From: Pseudomonas aeruginosa
GTDB taxonomy: Bacteria; Pseudomonadota; Gammaproteobacteria; Pseudomonadales; Pseudomonadaceae
Length of the DNA: 32,000 bases
Reading direction: 5' to 3'
Assembly (NCBI RefSeq): GCF_001457615.1
Contig: NZ_LN831024.1
Span: 3,930,001 to 3,962,000, forward strand
Within the stretch, counting starts at the first letter, position 1, and the number at the start of each line of letters is the position of its first letter. The notes beneath the pieces are model-generated. The model had not been told where the DNA came from. It saw only the letters and a list, made by a program, of their open reading frames with translations, and did no database searches. Position numbers and translations under genes: made by a program. Positions 8,546 through 17,744 of this stretch are shown piece after piece.

Positions 8546-8572
8546 AAAAAGAAAGGCCTCCCGCAGGAGGCC
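8546..8572 (-). terminator. Rho-independent terminator downstream of fliK
   Basis: On the reverse strand a GGCCTCC-TGCG-GGAGGCC hairpin (8555-8572) is followed directly by TTTCTTTTT (8554-8546). It sits about 25 nt after the fliK stop. Confidence 0.6.
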
Positions 8573-8597
8573 CAAAGGGGAAATGCAGTCGTTCGCC

Positions 8598-9881
8598 TCA
8601 GGCGTAGTAGTCGACCAGACCGCGCGCCGCCGACGCACCCGGCCGGCTGCGGATCTCGCTGACTCCGGCGAGGGTTTCCTCATCGCCCGAGGCCTCGCCG
8701 GCCAAGCCGCGTCCGCGCGCCGATCCGCCCTCGCCCTGCTGCTGGCCCTGCCAGCCCCGCGCCAGCGACTGGTCGGAGACGTTCACGTCGAGCTGGTTCA
8801 TGCCCTGCTGGCTGAACATGTCGCGCAGCCGGTGCATCTGGCTTTCCAGGGCGTCGCGAACGCCGGCGTTGGGACTGGCGAAGGTCACCTGGGTCTGGTC
8901 GGCGGTCATGTGGATGCGCACGTCCAGGCGTCCCAGCTCGGCGGGGTCGAGCTGGATCTCCGCCGACTTCAGGTTCTGGCTGGACATCCACATCACCCGG
9001 TCCACCACCGCCTCGCTCCAGCCGTTCTGCTGCATCGCCACCGGCTGGCCGGGCACCGTGCCGTTCACCGGACGGTTGGTCAGGGCCTGTTGCGCCATGG
9101 CCTGGGTCAGCCCGTTGAGCTTGGCCGCGAAAGGTTCACCGCGGGGTTCCGCCTTGCTCTCCAGCAGGCTCTCGGAGGCGGCGCTGGCGACGGCCGGCTC
9201 GGCGGTCTGCTGCAACTGGGCCTCGAGCGCCTTGCCGTCGACGGCCTTGGTCAAGGAATCCGAGGTCAGGCCGGCAAGGGCATCGCCGAGGTTCGCCTGG
9301 CGCGGATCGGCGCTCTTCGCCGGCCCGCCTTTCGCCGTCTGCGCGGCGTCCTGGGCGCCCTGCTCCAGGGCCATGTTCACCGCCGGCACGCCGTTGAGCT
9401 TGACCAGGGTCGGGTCGCTGCTGGCTTCGGTAAGGCTGGCCGGAGCACTGCTGGCCGTCGGCACGGCCGGTGGCAGCAAAGTCGCCTGGGTATTCTCGTC
9501 GAGCAACGGTACGGCACCGCCGAGGCCGAGCAATTGCAGCGGATCGACCGGCGTTTCGACTTTATCTTCGCCGTCGGCCTTGGCCTGGCCGTCGGCCGGC
9601 AAAGGCTTGCCGTCTTCGGCAACGGCCGGCTGCCTGGCGGCATCCGTCGGCTGCGCTTCGACGGCGTCCTTGCCGGCGTCCCGTGGCTTGTCCCGCGAAC
9701 CCTTCGCGGGACCGTCAGCGCGCTCGGCGGGCTTCTTCGCGGTCTCCTTGGCATACATGTCGGAGAAGCTGGAAGTCTTGTCGTTACTGGGCTCAGGCGT
9801 TTTCTGCTGGCTCTTCGGCGCAGCGGCCTTGGGCTTTACATCAGGCGTCGGCGGCAACAACACACCAGGGGCGACGGCCAT
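8598..9881 (-). CDS. fliK: Flagellar hook-length control protein FliK
   Basis: The track ORF 8598..9911 is trimmed to the ATG at 9879-9881 (MAVAPGVLLPPTPDV...), which has a GGAG SD 9 nt upstream. The N-terminal half is Pro/Ala/Lys-rich and disordered. The C-terminal Flg_hook domain is conserved (…EIQLDPAELGRLDVRIHMTADQTQVTFASPNAGVRDALE…). Confidence 0.9.
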   Translation of the reverse strand: MAVAPGVLLPPTPDVKPKAAAPKSQQKTPEPSNDKTSSFSDMYAKETAKKPAERADGPAKGSRDKPRDAGKDAVEAQPTDAARQPAVAEDGKPLPADGQAKADGEDKVETPVDPLQLLGLGGAVPLLDENTQATLLPPAVPTASSAPASLTEASSDPTLVKLNGVPAVNMALEQGAQDAAQTAKGGPAKSADPRQANLGDALAGLTSDSLTKAVDGKALEAQLQQTAEPAVASAASESLLESKAEPRGEPFAAKLNGLTQAMAQQALTNRPVNGTVPGQPVAMQQNGWSEAVVDRVMWMSSQNLKSAEIQLDPAELGRLDVRIHMTADQTQVTFASPNAGVRDALESQMHRLRDMFSQQGMNQLDVNVSDQSLARGWQGQQQGEGGSARGRGLAGEASGDEETLAGVSEIRSRPGASAARGLVDYYA

Positions 9882-9932
9882 GGGAATTCTCCATTTGCGA
9901 AGGGATTGCATCGTGGCTTGCGCAAGGGATGG

Positions 9933-9948
9933 AGCAAGGTCCGGGCCA
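9933..9948 (-). promoter_or_regulatory. Candidate sigma54 -24/-12 promoter for fliK
   Basis: The reverse strand reads TGGCCC-GGACC-TTGCT, with GG and GC correctly spaced, about 52 nt upstream of the fliK ATG. fliK is reported as RpoN-dependent (class III). Confidence 0.5.
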
Positions 9949-10068
9949 ACTTCGCCGAGAGCGTCCGTGAAACGCTCGCCAGGGCGCCGCAGCAGGCACG
10001 CTCGCTTTGCCCGCAGGTCCCGTCTGGACTACAATCCAGAGCCGCATCCCTCCCGAGGTAGTACCCTG

Positions 10069-10656
10069 ATGTCCTTCGCCGAAAAACTGTCCCGTCTGCA
10101 AGCCTTCCTCGATGCCGATGACCTGCACGAAGAAGCGCTGGACTACGTGGCGACCCACGGCTACCTGACCGCCCTCTCCATCTGCCCGGAGCAGGTGCCG
10201 GAGCGGGAGTGGATCGACGCCCTGTTCGCCGAACCGCCGCACTACCGCAGCGATGAGGAGCGCCAGGAGATCGAGACTTCCCTCGAGCAGCTCAAGGCGC
10301 ACATCACCCGCGTGCTGGCCAGCGACGAAGACCTCGAGCTGCCCTGCGACCTCGACCTCGGCGACGAGCCGGACGACTCCGACCTGCGCGGCTGGTGCAT
10401 CGGCTTCATGGAAGGCGTGTTCCTTCGCGAGGAAGTCTGGTTCGAGCAGGCCGAGGAGGAAGTCAGCGAGCTGCTGCTGCCGATCATGGTCGGCTCCGGC
10501 CTGTTCGACGAGCAGCCCGAGTTCGACGAGATCGCCCGCGACCGCCACCTGGTGGACGACATGGTCGCGCAGATTCCCGACCTGCTGACCAACCTGTTCC
10601 TGCTCTGCCAGGCGCCGGAAGAAAAGCCCGCCCTGCTCAAGCCGCGCACGCACTAA
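10069..10656 (+). CDS. UPF0149 / YecA-like family protein
   Basis: In-frame ATG at 10069 within track ORF 8800..10656: MSFAEKLSRLQAFLDADDLHEEALDYVATHGYLTALSICPEQ…GWCIGFMEGV… This is an acidic 195-aa protein typical of the UPF0149 family. The upstream part of the ORF is antisense to fliK. Confidence 0.85.
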   Translation: MSFAEKLSRLQAFLDADDLHEEALDYVATHGYLTALSICPEQVPEREWIDALFAEPPHYRSDEERQEIETSLEQLKAHITRVLASDEDLELPCDLDLGDEPDDSDLRGWCIGFMEGVFLREEVWFEQAEEEVSELLLPIMVGSGLFDEQPEFDEIARDRHLVDDMVAQIPDLLTNLFLLCQAPEEKPALLKPRTH

Positions 10657-10667
10657 GGAGCGCCGCG

Positions 10668-11075
10668 GTGGCGCAGCGGGAAATTCGCCCGAGCGCTCGT
10701 GCCTGGGTGCGCTATAGCCTCCAGGCCGTGGGTTTCCTAAGCGTAGCCCTGGGCGTGATCGGCATCTTCCTGCCGGTGCTGCCGACCACGCCTTTCCTGC
10801 TCCTCGCGGCGGCCTGCTTCATGCGCAGCTCGCCGCGCTTCTACCACTGGCTGGTCGGCCATCCACGGCTCGGCCCGTGGATCCGCGACTATCTCGACGG
10901 CGAAGGCATCCCGCTCAAGGGCAAGGTCTACGCCATCGGCCTGATGTGGGCCAGCATCGCCCTTTCCTGCTACCTGGTCCGACGCCCCTGGGCCCAGGGC
11001 TTCATGCTGACCAGCGCGGTACTGGTCAGCATCTATATCCTCCGCCAGAAGACCCGCCCGCCGCACGACGCCTGA
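10668..11075 (+). CDS. DUF454 / YbaN-family inner-membrane protein
   Basis: GTG start at 10668 with an AAGGAG SD 7 nt upstream. 135 aa, containing …LGVIGIFLPVLPTTPFLLLAAACFMRSSPRFYHWL…, the hallmark of the YbaN family. Confidence 0.85.
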   Translation: MAQREIRPSARAWVRYSLQAVGFLSVALGVIGIFLPVLPTTPFLLLAAACFMRSSPRFYHWLVGHPRLGPWIRDYLDGEGIPLKGKVYAIGLMWASIALSCYLVRRPWAQGFMLTSAVLVSIYILRQKTRPPHDA

Positions 11076-11083
11076 TGGCCCGC

Positions 11084-12499
11084 TCAGGACAGCGCCGGAT
11101 CGCCCTCGCCCAGCGGCAAGCGGTCGCCGGGCCCGCGCCGCTCGGGGCTCAGCACGGTGAAGCCGAAGGTGTTCCAGCCGTCCGCGCTGTCGACGAACAC
11201 CGAACCGCCGTGCATGCTCGCCACCGCCTTGACGATGGACAGGCCGAGGCCGTGGTTGGCCTCGCTGTTGCTGCGCGCCGCGTCGACCCGATAGAAGCGT
11301 TCGAACAGGTGCCTGCGGTGCTCGTCGGCGATCGGCACGCCGGGGTTGCTCACCGCCACCCGCACTTCGTCGCCGCGCCGCTCGACGCCGACCCGCAGCG
11401 TGCCGCCGGCGGCGGTGTGCTGGGCGGCGTTGTACAGCAGGTTGGTCACCGCCCGCTGGAACAGGGCGCGCTCGACCAGCGCGCGGGCCTCGCCGCGCAC
11501 CTCGATACCGACCCCGGCCTCGTCGAAGATCACCTCGAGGAAATCCACCGTGGTGGCGATCTCGCCGGCCAGCGAGGTTTCCTCGCGCTCGCAGGCCAGG
11601 CGTCCCTGGTCGGCGCGGGCGAGGAACAGCATGTCGTTGACGATCGCCCGCAGCCGCTCCAGCTCCTCCAGGTTGGATTGCAGGACCTCTTCGTAATGTT
11701 CGCCGCTGCGTTCGCGGGACAACGCCACCTGGGTCTGGCCGATCAGGTTGGTCAATGGCGTGCGCAGCTCGTGGGCGACGTCGGCATTGAACGACTCCAG
11801 GCGCACGTAGGCCTGCTCCAGGCGGTCCAGGGCGCCGTTGAACGCTCCCACCAGCTCGCGCAGCTCGGCCGGCAGCGGCGAGAGCTGCAAGCGCTGCGAC
11901 AACTGCCGCGGGCTGATCCGCCGGGCCTCCTCGGACAGCCGATGCACCGGCCACAGGCCCAGGCGGGCGATCCAGTGGCCAAGCAACGAGGCCAGCAGCA
12001 CACCGAGGGCGGACAGGCCGAGCAGCCATTTCAGGGTGGAGGTCCGCGCCTCATGGAACGCCGCGCTATCGATGGCGGTGACGTAGGTCAGCCGCGGCCG
12101 CCCCTCGCGCGCCGGCAACACGCCGACCCGCGCAGTCAGCGCGTACCGGTGCTCCGGCAACTCCAATTCGTAGCGGCCGGCGCCATCGGCGATCAGCCGC
12201 TGCACCGGTTCGCTGAAGCGCCCGTAGTGATAGCGCGGGTCGTCGCTGTCGATCCAGAAACGGATCAGCTCGTACTCCTGGCTCAGGTTGTCCAGCTTGC
12301 CCTGCAGGTGCGGCCAGCGCTCGGCCAGGTCGGGATGGTCGAGCATCCGCGAGACCATGTTGAAGCGCACGTCCACCTCGCCCTGCTGCAGGCGCTCGGT
12401 CTGGCGGTCGAGGATGCAATAGAGCATGGTGCCGATGAGGGCGAAGATCACCACCGCGGCGCCGGCGAACATTCCCGCCAGGCGGGTCGACAAGGACAT
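11084..12499 (-). CDS. Two-component sensor histidine kinase, heavy-metal-sensor (CusS/CopS-like) type
   Basis: The track ORF 11084..12634 is trimmed to Met46 (MSLSTRLAGMFAGAAVVIFALIG…), with a GAGG SD upstream. It has two TM helices flanking a ~150-aa periplasmic domain, a HAMP domain, an H-box (FNADVAHELRTPLTNL) and a HATPase domain (…NHGLGLSIVKAVASMHGG…). It corresponds positionally to PAO1 PA1438. Confidence 0.9.
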   Translation of the reverse strand: MSLSTRLAGMFAGAAVVIFALIGTMLYCILDRQTERLQQGEVDVRFNMVSRMLDHPDLAERWPHLQGKLDNLSQEYELIRFWIDSDDPRYHYGRFSEPVQRLIADGAGRYELELPEHRYALTARVGVLPAREGRPRLTYVTAIDSAAFHEARTSTLKWLLGLSALGVLLASLLGHWIARLGLWPVHRLSEEARRISPRQLSQRLQLSPLPAELRELVGAFNGALDRLEQAYVRLESFNADVAHELRTPLTNLIGQTQVALSRERSGEHYEEVLQSNLEELERLRAIVNDMLFLARADQGRLACEREETSLAGEIATTVDFLEVIFDEAGVGIEVRGEARALVERALFQRAVTNLLYNAAQHTAAGGTLRVGVERRGDEVRVAVSNPGVPIADEHRRHLFERFYRVDAARSNSEANHGLGLSIVKAVASMHGGSVFVDSADGWNTFGFTVLSPERRGPGDRLPLGEGDPALS

Positions 12500-12506
12500 G
12501 CCCACC

Positions 12507-13196
12507 TCAGCCCGACTCCGCCAGCGCACGGTTCTCCAGGACGTAGCCCATGCCCCGGATGGTATGCAGCAGCTTGTTCTCGAACGGACCGTCGAGCTTG
12601 GCGCGCAGGCGCTTGATCGCCACCTCCACGACATTGGTGTCGGTATCGAAGTTGATGTCCCAGACCAGTTCGGCGATCGCCGTCTTCGACAGGATCTCGC
12701 CGCTGCGCTGGGCCAGCACGCAGAGCAGCGCGTACTCCTTGGCAGTCAGCTCCAGACGGGTGTTGCCACGGAAGACCTTGCGGCTGAGCAGGTCGATGGA
12801 CAGGTCGGCGATGCGCATCTGCGAATGGCTTTCATGGTTGCCGCCGCGCCGGGTCAGGGCCTGCAGGCGGGCGACCAGTTCGAGGAAGGAGAACGGCTTG
12901 ATCAGGTAGTCGTCGGCGCCCTCGCGCAGCCCGCGCACCCGGTCTTCCACGCGCTCGCGCGCGGTGAGCATGATCACCGGGGTCTGCCGCCGCTCGCGCA
13001 ACGCCCGCAGAACGCCGTAGCCGTCGACGCCCGGCAGCATCACGTCGAGCACGATCACGTCGTACTCGCCATGGAGCGCCAGGTGGCGACCGTCGATGCC
13101 GTTGTCCGCCAGGTCCACGGTGAACCCCTGTTCGCTGAGGCCACGGTTCAGGTAGTCCGCCGTCTTCGCCTCGTCCTCGACAATCAGTACCCGCAT
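12507..13196 (-). CDS. OmpR-family response regulator (CusR/CopR-like)
   Basis: 229 aa, [33 protein letters not shown]…[13 protein letters not shown]…, with a winged-helix C-terminus (…[13 protein letters not shown]…IRGMGYVL). It ends 7 nt upstream of the kinase start. It corresponds positionally to PAO1 PA1437. Confidence 0.95.
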   Translation of the reverse strand: MRVLIVEDEAKTADYLNRGLSEQGFTVDLADNGIDGRHLALHGEYDVIVLDVMLPGVDGYGVLRALRERRQTPVIMLTARERVEDRVRGLREGADDYLIKPFSFLELVARLQALTRRGGNHESHSQMRIADLSIDLLSRKVFRGNTRLELTAKEYALLCVLAQRSGEILSKTAIAELVWDINFDTDTNVVEVAIKRLRAKLDGPFENKLLHTIRGMGYVLENRALAESG

Positions 13197-13299
13197 CTAT
13201 CGCCCGATCCTCTGTTCGCCTTCGCATCCCGGGCGGGACGCATGCCTGCCTGCATCCTAGCCACGCGCCGCCGTCCAGGAAAGCCGCGTCCGTTACGCC

Positions 13300-16200
13300 T
13301 CATGTCGCCGTCGCCCCAGCGGTTCCGCCGTCCGAGGTCGTCGTCCCGCGCCGGTGGAACAGCCGCTCCAGGGCCAGGTATACCACCGGCGTGCTGAACA
13401 GGGTCAGCACCTGGCTCACCAGCAGCCCGCCGACCACCGCGATGCCCAGAGGCTGGCGCAGCTCGGAACCGGTGCCGAAGCCGATCATCAGGGGTATCGC
13501 GCCCAGCAGCGCGGCCAGGGTGGTCATCATGATCGGCCGGAAACGGGTCAGGCAGGCCTGGTAGATCGCCTGCTCCGCGCTCATGCCCTGCTCGCGCTGG
13601 GCGACGATGGCGAAGTCGACCATGAGGATGCCGTTCTTCTTGACGATGCCGATCAGCAGCACGATGCCGATCAGCGCCATGATCGAGAAGTCCTGGCCCC
13701 AGGCCCAGAGCAGGAACACCGCGCCGATCCCCGCCGAGGGCAGGGTCGAGAGGATCGTCAGCGGATGTACGAAACTCTCGTAGAGCACGCCGAGGATGAT
13801 GTACACCGCGATCAGCGCGGCGAGGATCAGCAGCGGTTGCGAGGCCAGCGAGCTCTGGAAGGCCTGCGCCGCGCCCTGGAACACGCCGATAATGGTCGAG
13901 GGCATGCCGATCTCCTCCTGGGCGCGCTGCACCGCCTGCACCGCCTCGCCGAGGGACACCCCGGCAGCCAGGTTGAAGGACAGGTTGACCGCCGGGAACA
14001 TGCCGTTGTGGTTGATCTGCAGCGGCCCGGAGCGCGGCGCCGCGACCTTGGCGATGGCCGACAGCGGGACCATCTCGCCGCTCAGCGGCGAGCGCAGGTA
14101 GAACCAGTCCAGGCTTTCCGCGCGGCCGCGCTGGCGCGCATCGAGTTCGAGGACCACCTTGTACTGGTTGACCTCGGTCTGGTACTCGCCGACCTGGCGC
14201 TGGCCGAAGGCGTCGTAGAGGGTCTGGCTGACATCCTCGGCGCTGAGGCCGAAACGCGCCGCGGCCACCCGGTCGATGTCCAGCGCGGTGACGCTGGCGC
14301 CGACCTGCAGGTCGTTGGACACATCCATCAGCCCCGGCACCTGCTTCAGGCGCTCGGTGAGGCGTTGCGCCCAGAGCGCCAGCTGGGTGCTGTCGCTGCT
14401 GCGCAGGGCGTACTGGTACTGGGTCCGCGAGGGTCCGGAACTGAGGTTGATGTCCTGCGCCGCGCGCAGGTAGAGCATGATTCCCGGCACCTTCGCCAGT
14501 TGCGGGCGCAGCCGGTCGATGAACTCGCCGACCGAGACATCGCGCTCGCCACGGTCCTTGAGGACGATCCAGAAACGTCCGTTGGCCAGGCTCTGGCTAC
14601 CGCCGGTGACGCCCACCGCATGGTTGTAGCTCTGCACCGCCGGGTCGCTGGCGATGATCTCGGCCAGTTGCCGGTGCTTGGCGACCATGTCGTCGTAGGA
14701 GATATCCTCGGCAGCCTGGCTCGTGCCGAAGACGAAGGCGGTGTCCTGCAAGGGGAAGAAACCCTTGGGAATCCCGACGTAGCCGGCCACCGCCACCAGC
14801 ACGGTAAAGGCGAAGCCGACCAGCATCAGCCGCTGGTGCCCGAGCGCCCAGCGCAGGCCGCGCTCGTATCCGCCGGTCAGCCATTCGGCGAAGCCCTTTC
14901 TCGGCGCGTCGGCATGCCGCAATGCCGGCATGAAGCGCGAAGCCAGCATCGGCGCCAGGGTCAGCGAAGCGAGCACCGAGATCAGGATCGCCACCGTCAC
15001 GCTGACCGCGAATTCGCGGAACAGCCGGCCGACGATCCCGCCCATGAACAGCAGGGGAATGAACGCGGCGATCAGCGAGAAGCTGATGGAAATCACGGTA
15101 AAGCCGATCTCCGCCGCGCCCTTGAGCGCCGCCTCGACCTTCGAGGCGCCCGCTTCCAGGTGTCGGTGGATGTTCTCCACGACCACGATGGCGTCGTCGA
15201 CGATGAAGCCGACGGCGATGATCAGCGCCACCAGGGTCAGGTTGTTGAGGGTGAAGCCGAGCACGTACATCGCCGCGAAGCTGGCGCTCAGGGACACCGC
15301 CAGCACCGTGGCGACGATCAGGGTCGCCGACAGCTGGCGGAGGAACAGGCCCATCACCAGCACCACCAGGCCAATGGTCAGCAGCAGGGTCAGTTCGACC
15401 TCGTGCAGCGACGAGCGGATGGTCCGGGTGCGATCGTTGAGCACGTCTACCTCGATGGTCGCCGGGAGCATCTCGCGCAGGCGCGGCAATGCGGCCTGGA
15501 TCGCGTCGGCGGTATCGACGATGTTCGCCCCAGGCTGGCGGAGGATCACCAGTGCCACCCCGGGCACACCGTTCGGCCAGGCCTGCACGTAGTCGTCCTC
15601 GGGCGCCGAGACGATCCGCGCCACGTCCTTGAGGAACACCGGCGCGCCCTGGCGGTAGGCGACCACCAGGTCGTCATAGTCGCTGGCGTTGAACAACTGG
15701 TCGTTGGCCGCGAGGGTCGACACCCGCCCCTCGCCGTAGAGCGCGCCCTTGGCCAGGTTGACGCTGGCCGACTGCAACGACTGGCGCAGGTCGGCCAGGG
15801 TCAGCTGGTAGGCGGCGAGCTTTTCCGGCTGGGCCTGGATGCGGATCGCCGGGCGCTGCTGGCCGACCACGAAGATCTGCCCCACGCCGTTCACCTGGCT
15901 GAGCTGGCGGGCGAGGATGGTCTCGGCGTAATCGCTGAGTTCGATCAGCGGCATCATCTCCGAGTTGACCCGCAGGATCATGATCGGGCTGTCCGCCGGG
16001 TTGACCTTGCGCCAGGTCGGCAGGTTCGGCATGTCCACCGGCAGCCGCCCGGCCGCGGCGTTGATCGCCGCCTGGACCTCCTGGGCGGCGACGTCGATGC
16101 TCTTGTCGAGGCTGAACTGCAGGGTCAGGGTGCTGGTGCCCAGGGCGCTGCTGGAGGTCATCTCGGTGATCCCCGGAATCGCGCTGAACTGCACTTCCAA

Positions 16201-16410
16201 GGGGGTGGCCACCGACGAGGCCATGGTTTCCGGGCTACCGCCGGGCAGCAAGGCGTTGATCTGGATGGTCGGGAAGTCCGCCTCCGGCAACGGCGCCACG
16301 CCGAGCCGGAGGAACGCCAGCAGCCCCAGCAGCAGCGAGGCCAGGGTCAGCAGCGCGGTGGCGATCGGGTGCCGTACGCACCAGCCGGAAATCCCGGCGC
16401 GCGGCGTCAC
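13300..16410 (-). CDS. mexN: RND multidrug efflux transporter MexN
   Basis: 1036 aa AcrB/MexB-type 12-TM RND protein (…HPIATALLTLASLLLGLLAFLRLGVAPLPEADFPTIQINA…). It has a GTG start overlapping the mexM stop (GTGA). Its position relative to lapG/lasI matches PAO1 PA1436. Confidence 0.92.
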   Translation of the reverse strand: MTPRAGISGWCVRHPIATALLTLASLLLGLLAFLRLGVAPLPEADFPTIQINALLPGGSPETMASSVATPLEVQFSAIPGITEMTSSSALGTSTLTLQFSLDKSIDVAAQEVQAAINAAAGRLPVDMPNLPTWRKVNPADSPIMILRVNSEMMPLIELSDYAETILARQLSQVNGVGQIFVVGQQRPAIRIQAQPEKLAAYQLTLADLRQSLQSASVNLAKGALYGEGRVSTLAANDQLFNASDYDDLVVAYRQGAPVFLKDVARIVSAPEDDYVQAWPNGVPGVALVILRQPGANIVDTADAIQAALPRLREMLPATIEVDVLNDRTRTIRSSLHEVELTLLLTIGLVVLVMGLFLRQLSATLIVATVLAVSLSASFAAMYVLGFTLNNLTLVALIIAVGFIVDDAIVVVENIHRHLEAGASKVEAALKGAAEIGFTVISISFSLIAAFIPLLFMGGIVGRLFREFAVSVTVAILISVLASLTLAPMLASRFMPALRHADAPRKGFAEWLTGGYERGLRWALGHQRLMLVGFAFTVLVAVAGYVGIPKGFFPLQDTAFVFGTSQAAEDISYDDMVAKHRQLAEIIASDPAVQSYNHAVGVTGGSQSLANGRFWIVLKDRGERDVSVGEFIDRLRPQLAKVPGIMLYLRAAQDINLSSGPSRTQYQYALRSSDSTQLALWAQRLTERLKQVPGLMDVSNDLQVGASVTALDIDRVAAARFGLSAEDVSQTLYDAFGQRQVGEYQTEVNQYKVVLELDARQRGRAESLDWFYLRSPLSGEMVPLSAIAKVAAPRSGPLQINHNGMFPAVNLSFNLAAGVSLGEAVQAVQRAQEEIGMPSTIIGVFQGAAQAFQSSLASQPLLILAALIAVYIILGVLYESFVHPLTILSTLPSAGIGAVFLLWAWGQDFSIMALIGIVLLIGIVKKNGILMVDFAIVAQREQGMSAEQAIYQACLTRFRPIMMTTLAALLGAIPLMIGFGTGSELRQPLGIAVVGGLLVSQVLTLFSTPVVYLALERLFHRRGTTTSDGGTAGATAT

Positions 16411-17564
16411 GGCTGCCGCTCCGTGGCCTGAGCCAGGCTCGGGCGCGGCTCCTGGATATCGACCAGGGCGCCGGGCATCAGCCGCGAGTGGCCGTCCACC
16501 ACCACCTGGTCACCGCTGGCCAGGCCCTCCACCACACTGAGGCCGTCGATGTCCTGGAGCACCCGCACCGGCACCGCCTCGACCCGGTCGGCGGCGACCC
16601 GGTAGACGAAATTGCCCTCCAGGCCGCGGCGCACCGCCTTGCTCGACAGCACCAACTGGTCGCGCCGGACCCCGGTGTGCAGGCTCACCGCGACGAACTG
16701 CCCGGGCCAGAGCCGGGCCTGGCGGTTATCGAAGGAGGCGCGCACGCGGATGGTGCCGGTGGAACTGTCGATCTGGTTGTCGATGGTCAGCAACCGGCCC
16801 TCGCCCAGCGCGCTCCCGCCGTCGCGGCTGTAGGCGCGCACCGCCGCCTCGCCGCCGAGCAGCGCCTGCAACTGGGGCAACTGTTCCTGTTGCAGGGAGA
16901 AGACTACGGAGATCGGTGCGATCTGGGTCACGCTGAACAGGCCGAGACTGTCGCCGACCCGCACCAGGTTGCCGACATCGACGTTGCGGATACCGACCTT
17001 GCCGGATACCGGCGAGGTGATCCGGGTGTAGGACAGGCGCACCCGCTCGGCGTTGATGGTGGCATCGTTGGCCTTCAGGGTCGCGCGCAACTGGTCGACC
17101 GTCGCCTGCTGCTGGTCCAGCAGTTGGCGTGACACCGCACGCTCGGCATACAGGCTGCGGTAGCGTTGCAGGTCCTGCTCGGCGGATTTCAGCTGGGCCT
17201 GGTTGCTCGCCCTGGAGGCCTGCGCCTGCTCCAGCGCGGCGACGACGGCGCGGTCATCGATGGTCGCCAGCAACTCGCCCGCCTCGACCATCTGCCCTTC
17301 GCTCACCAGCAGGCGGGTCAACTGGCCGTCGATCTGGGTGCGGATCACCACGTTGTGCAACGAAGTCACCGTACCGATGCCGCTGACCTGTTGCTCGACG
17401 TCGCGCCGCTCCACCCGCGCCACGTTCACCGGGACCCTGGCCGGCGCGGGCGCCGCCTTCGCCCCGGCGTCGCCGCCGAGCCATGCCCAACCGCTGAAGG
17501 CGACCAGGCCCGCCGCCAGCACGCCCACCAGGACCCGTCCCCCACCACTGCGCAACGCCTGCAT
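16407..17564 (-). CDS. mexM: RND membrane fusion (periplasmic adaptor) protein MexM
   Basis: The track ORF 16407..17681 is trimmed to Met40 (MQALRSGGGRVLVGVLAAGLVAFSG…), with an AGGTGG SD upstream. 385 aa with HlyD/AcrA-type coiled-coil, lipoyl and beta-barrel regions. Confidence 0.9.
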   Translation of the reverse strand: MQALRSGGGRVLVGVLAAGLVAFSGWAWLGGDAGAKAAPAPARVPVNVARVERRDVEQQVSGIGTVTSLHNVVIRTQIDGQLTRLLVSEGQMVEAGELLATIDDRAVVAALEQAQASRASNQAQLKSAEQDLQRYRSLYAERAVSRQLLDQQQATVDQLRATLKANDATINAERVRLSYTRITSPVSGKVGIRNVDVGNLVRVGDSLGLFSVTQIAPISVVFSLQQEQLPQLQALLGGEAAVRAYSRDGGSALGEGRLLTIDNQIDSSTGTIRVRASFDNRQARLWPGQFVAVSLHTGVRRDQLVLSSKAVRRGLEGNFVYRVAADRVEAVPVRVLQDIDGLSVVEGLASGDQVVVDGHSRLMPGALVDIQEPRPSLAQATERQP

Positions 17565-17652
17565 CTGTCCACCTTTCCCAGTGGCCGGCCTCGCGCGGCC
17601 GACTTCGTTCTTCTTTATAAGCAGCGCAGCGGGACCCCACCCTGACCCCTGA

Positions 17653-17668
17653 ATGACAATCCTGTCAG
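17653..17668. promoter_or_regulatory. CusR/CopR-box-like palindrome (TGACA-N4-TGTCA) in the mexM-lapG divergent region
   Basis: The sequence ATGACAATCCTGTCAG has the same half-sites and 4-nt spacer as the E. coli CusR box AAAATGACAANNTTGTCATTTT. It lies about 90 nt upstream of the mexM ATG and about 80 nt upstream of the lapG ATG. Confidence 0.4.
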
Positions 17669-17744
17669 TTTCGCCGGACACCCCGCGCTGGCAGGCCGCC
17701 CGGCGCTCTCGTAGACTTCGCTGAGTCCTTCCGGAGCCCGCTCG

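Noticed and set aside
8378-8683. 101-aa minus-strand ORF spanning the fliK terminator and fliL promoter
   Set aside because: It crosses a rho-independent terminator and a sigma54 promoter and overlaps the fliK 3' end out of frame. It has no SD and an implausible sequence.
8382-10061. 559-aa + strand ORF (and the nested 8800..10656 ORF) opposite fliK
   Set aside because: It is antisense to fliK. Only the last 195 codons of the 8800..10656 frame, from the ATG at 10069, look like a real protein (the UPF0149 family gene).
13354-16431. 1025-aa + strand ORF opposite mexN
   Set aside because: This is a mirror-frame shadow of the RND transporter gene. The product is dominated by R/H/Q/D/G repeats with no membrane or enzymatic motifs.
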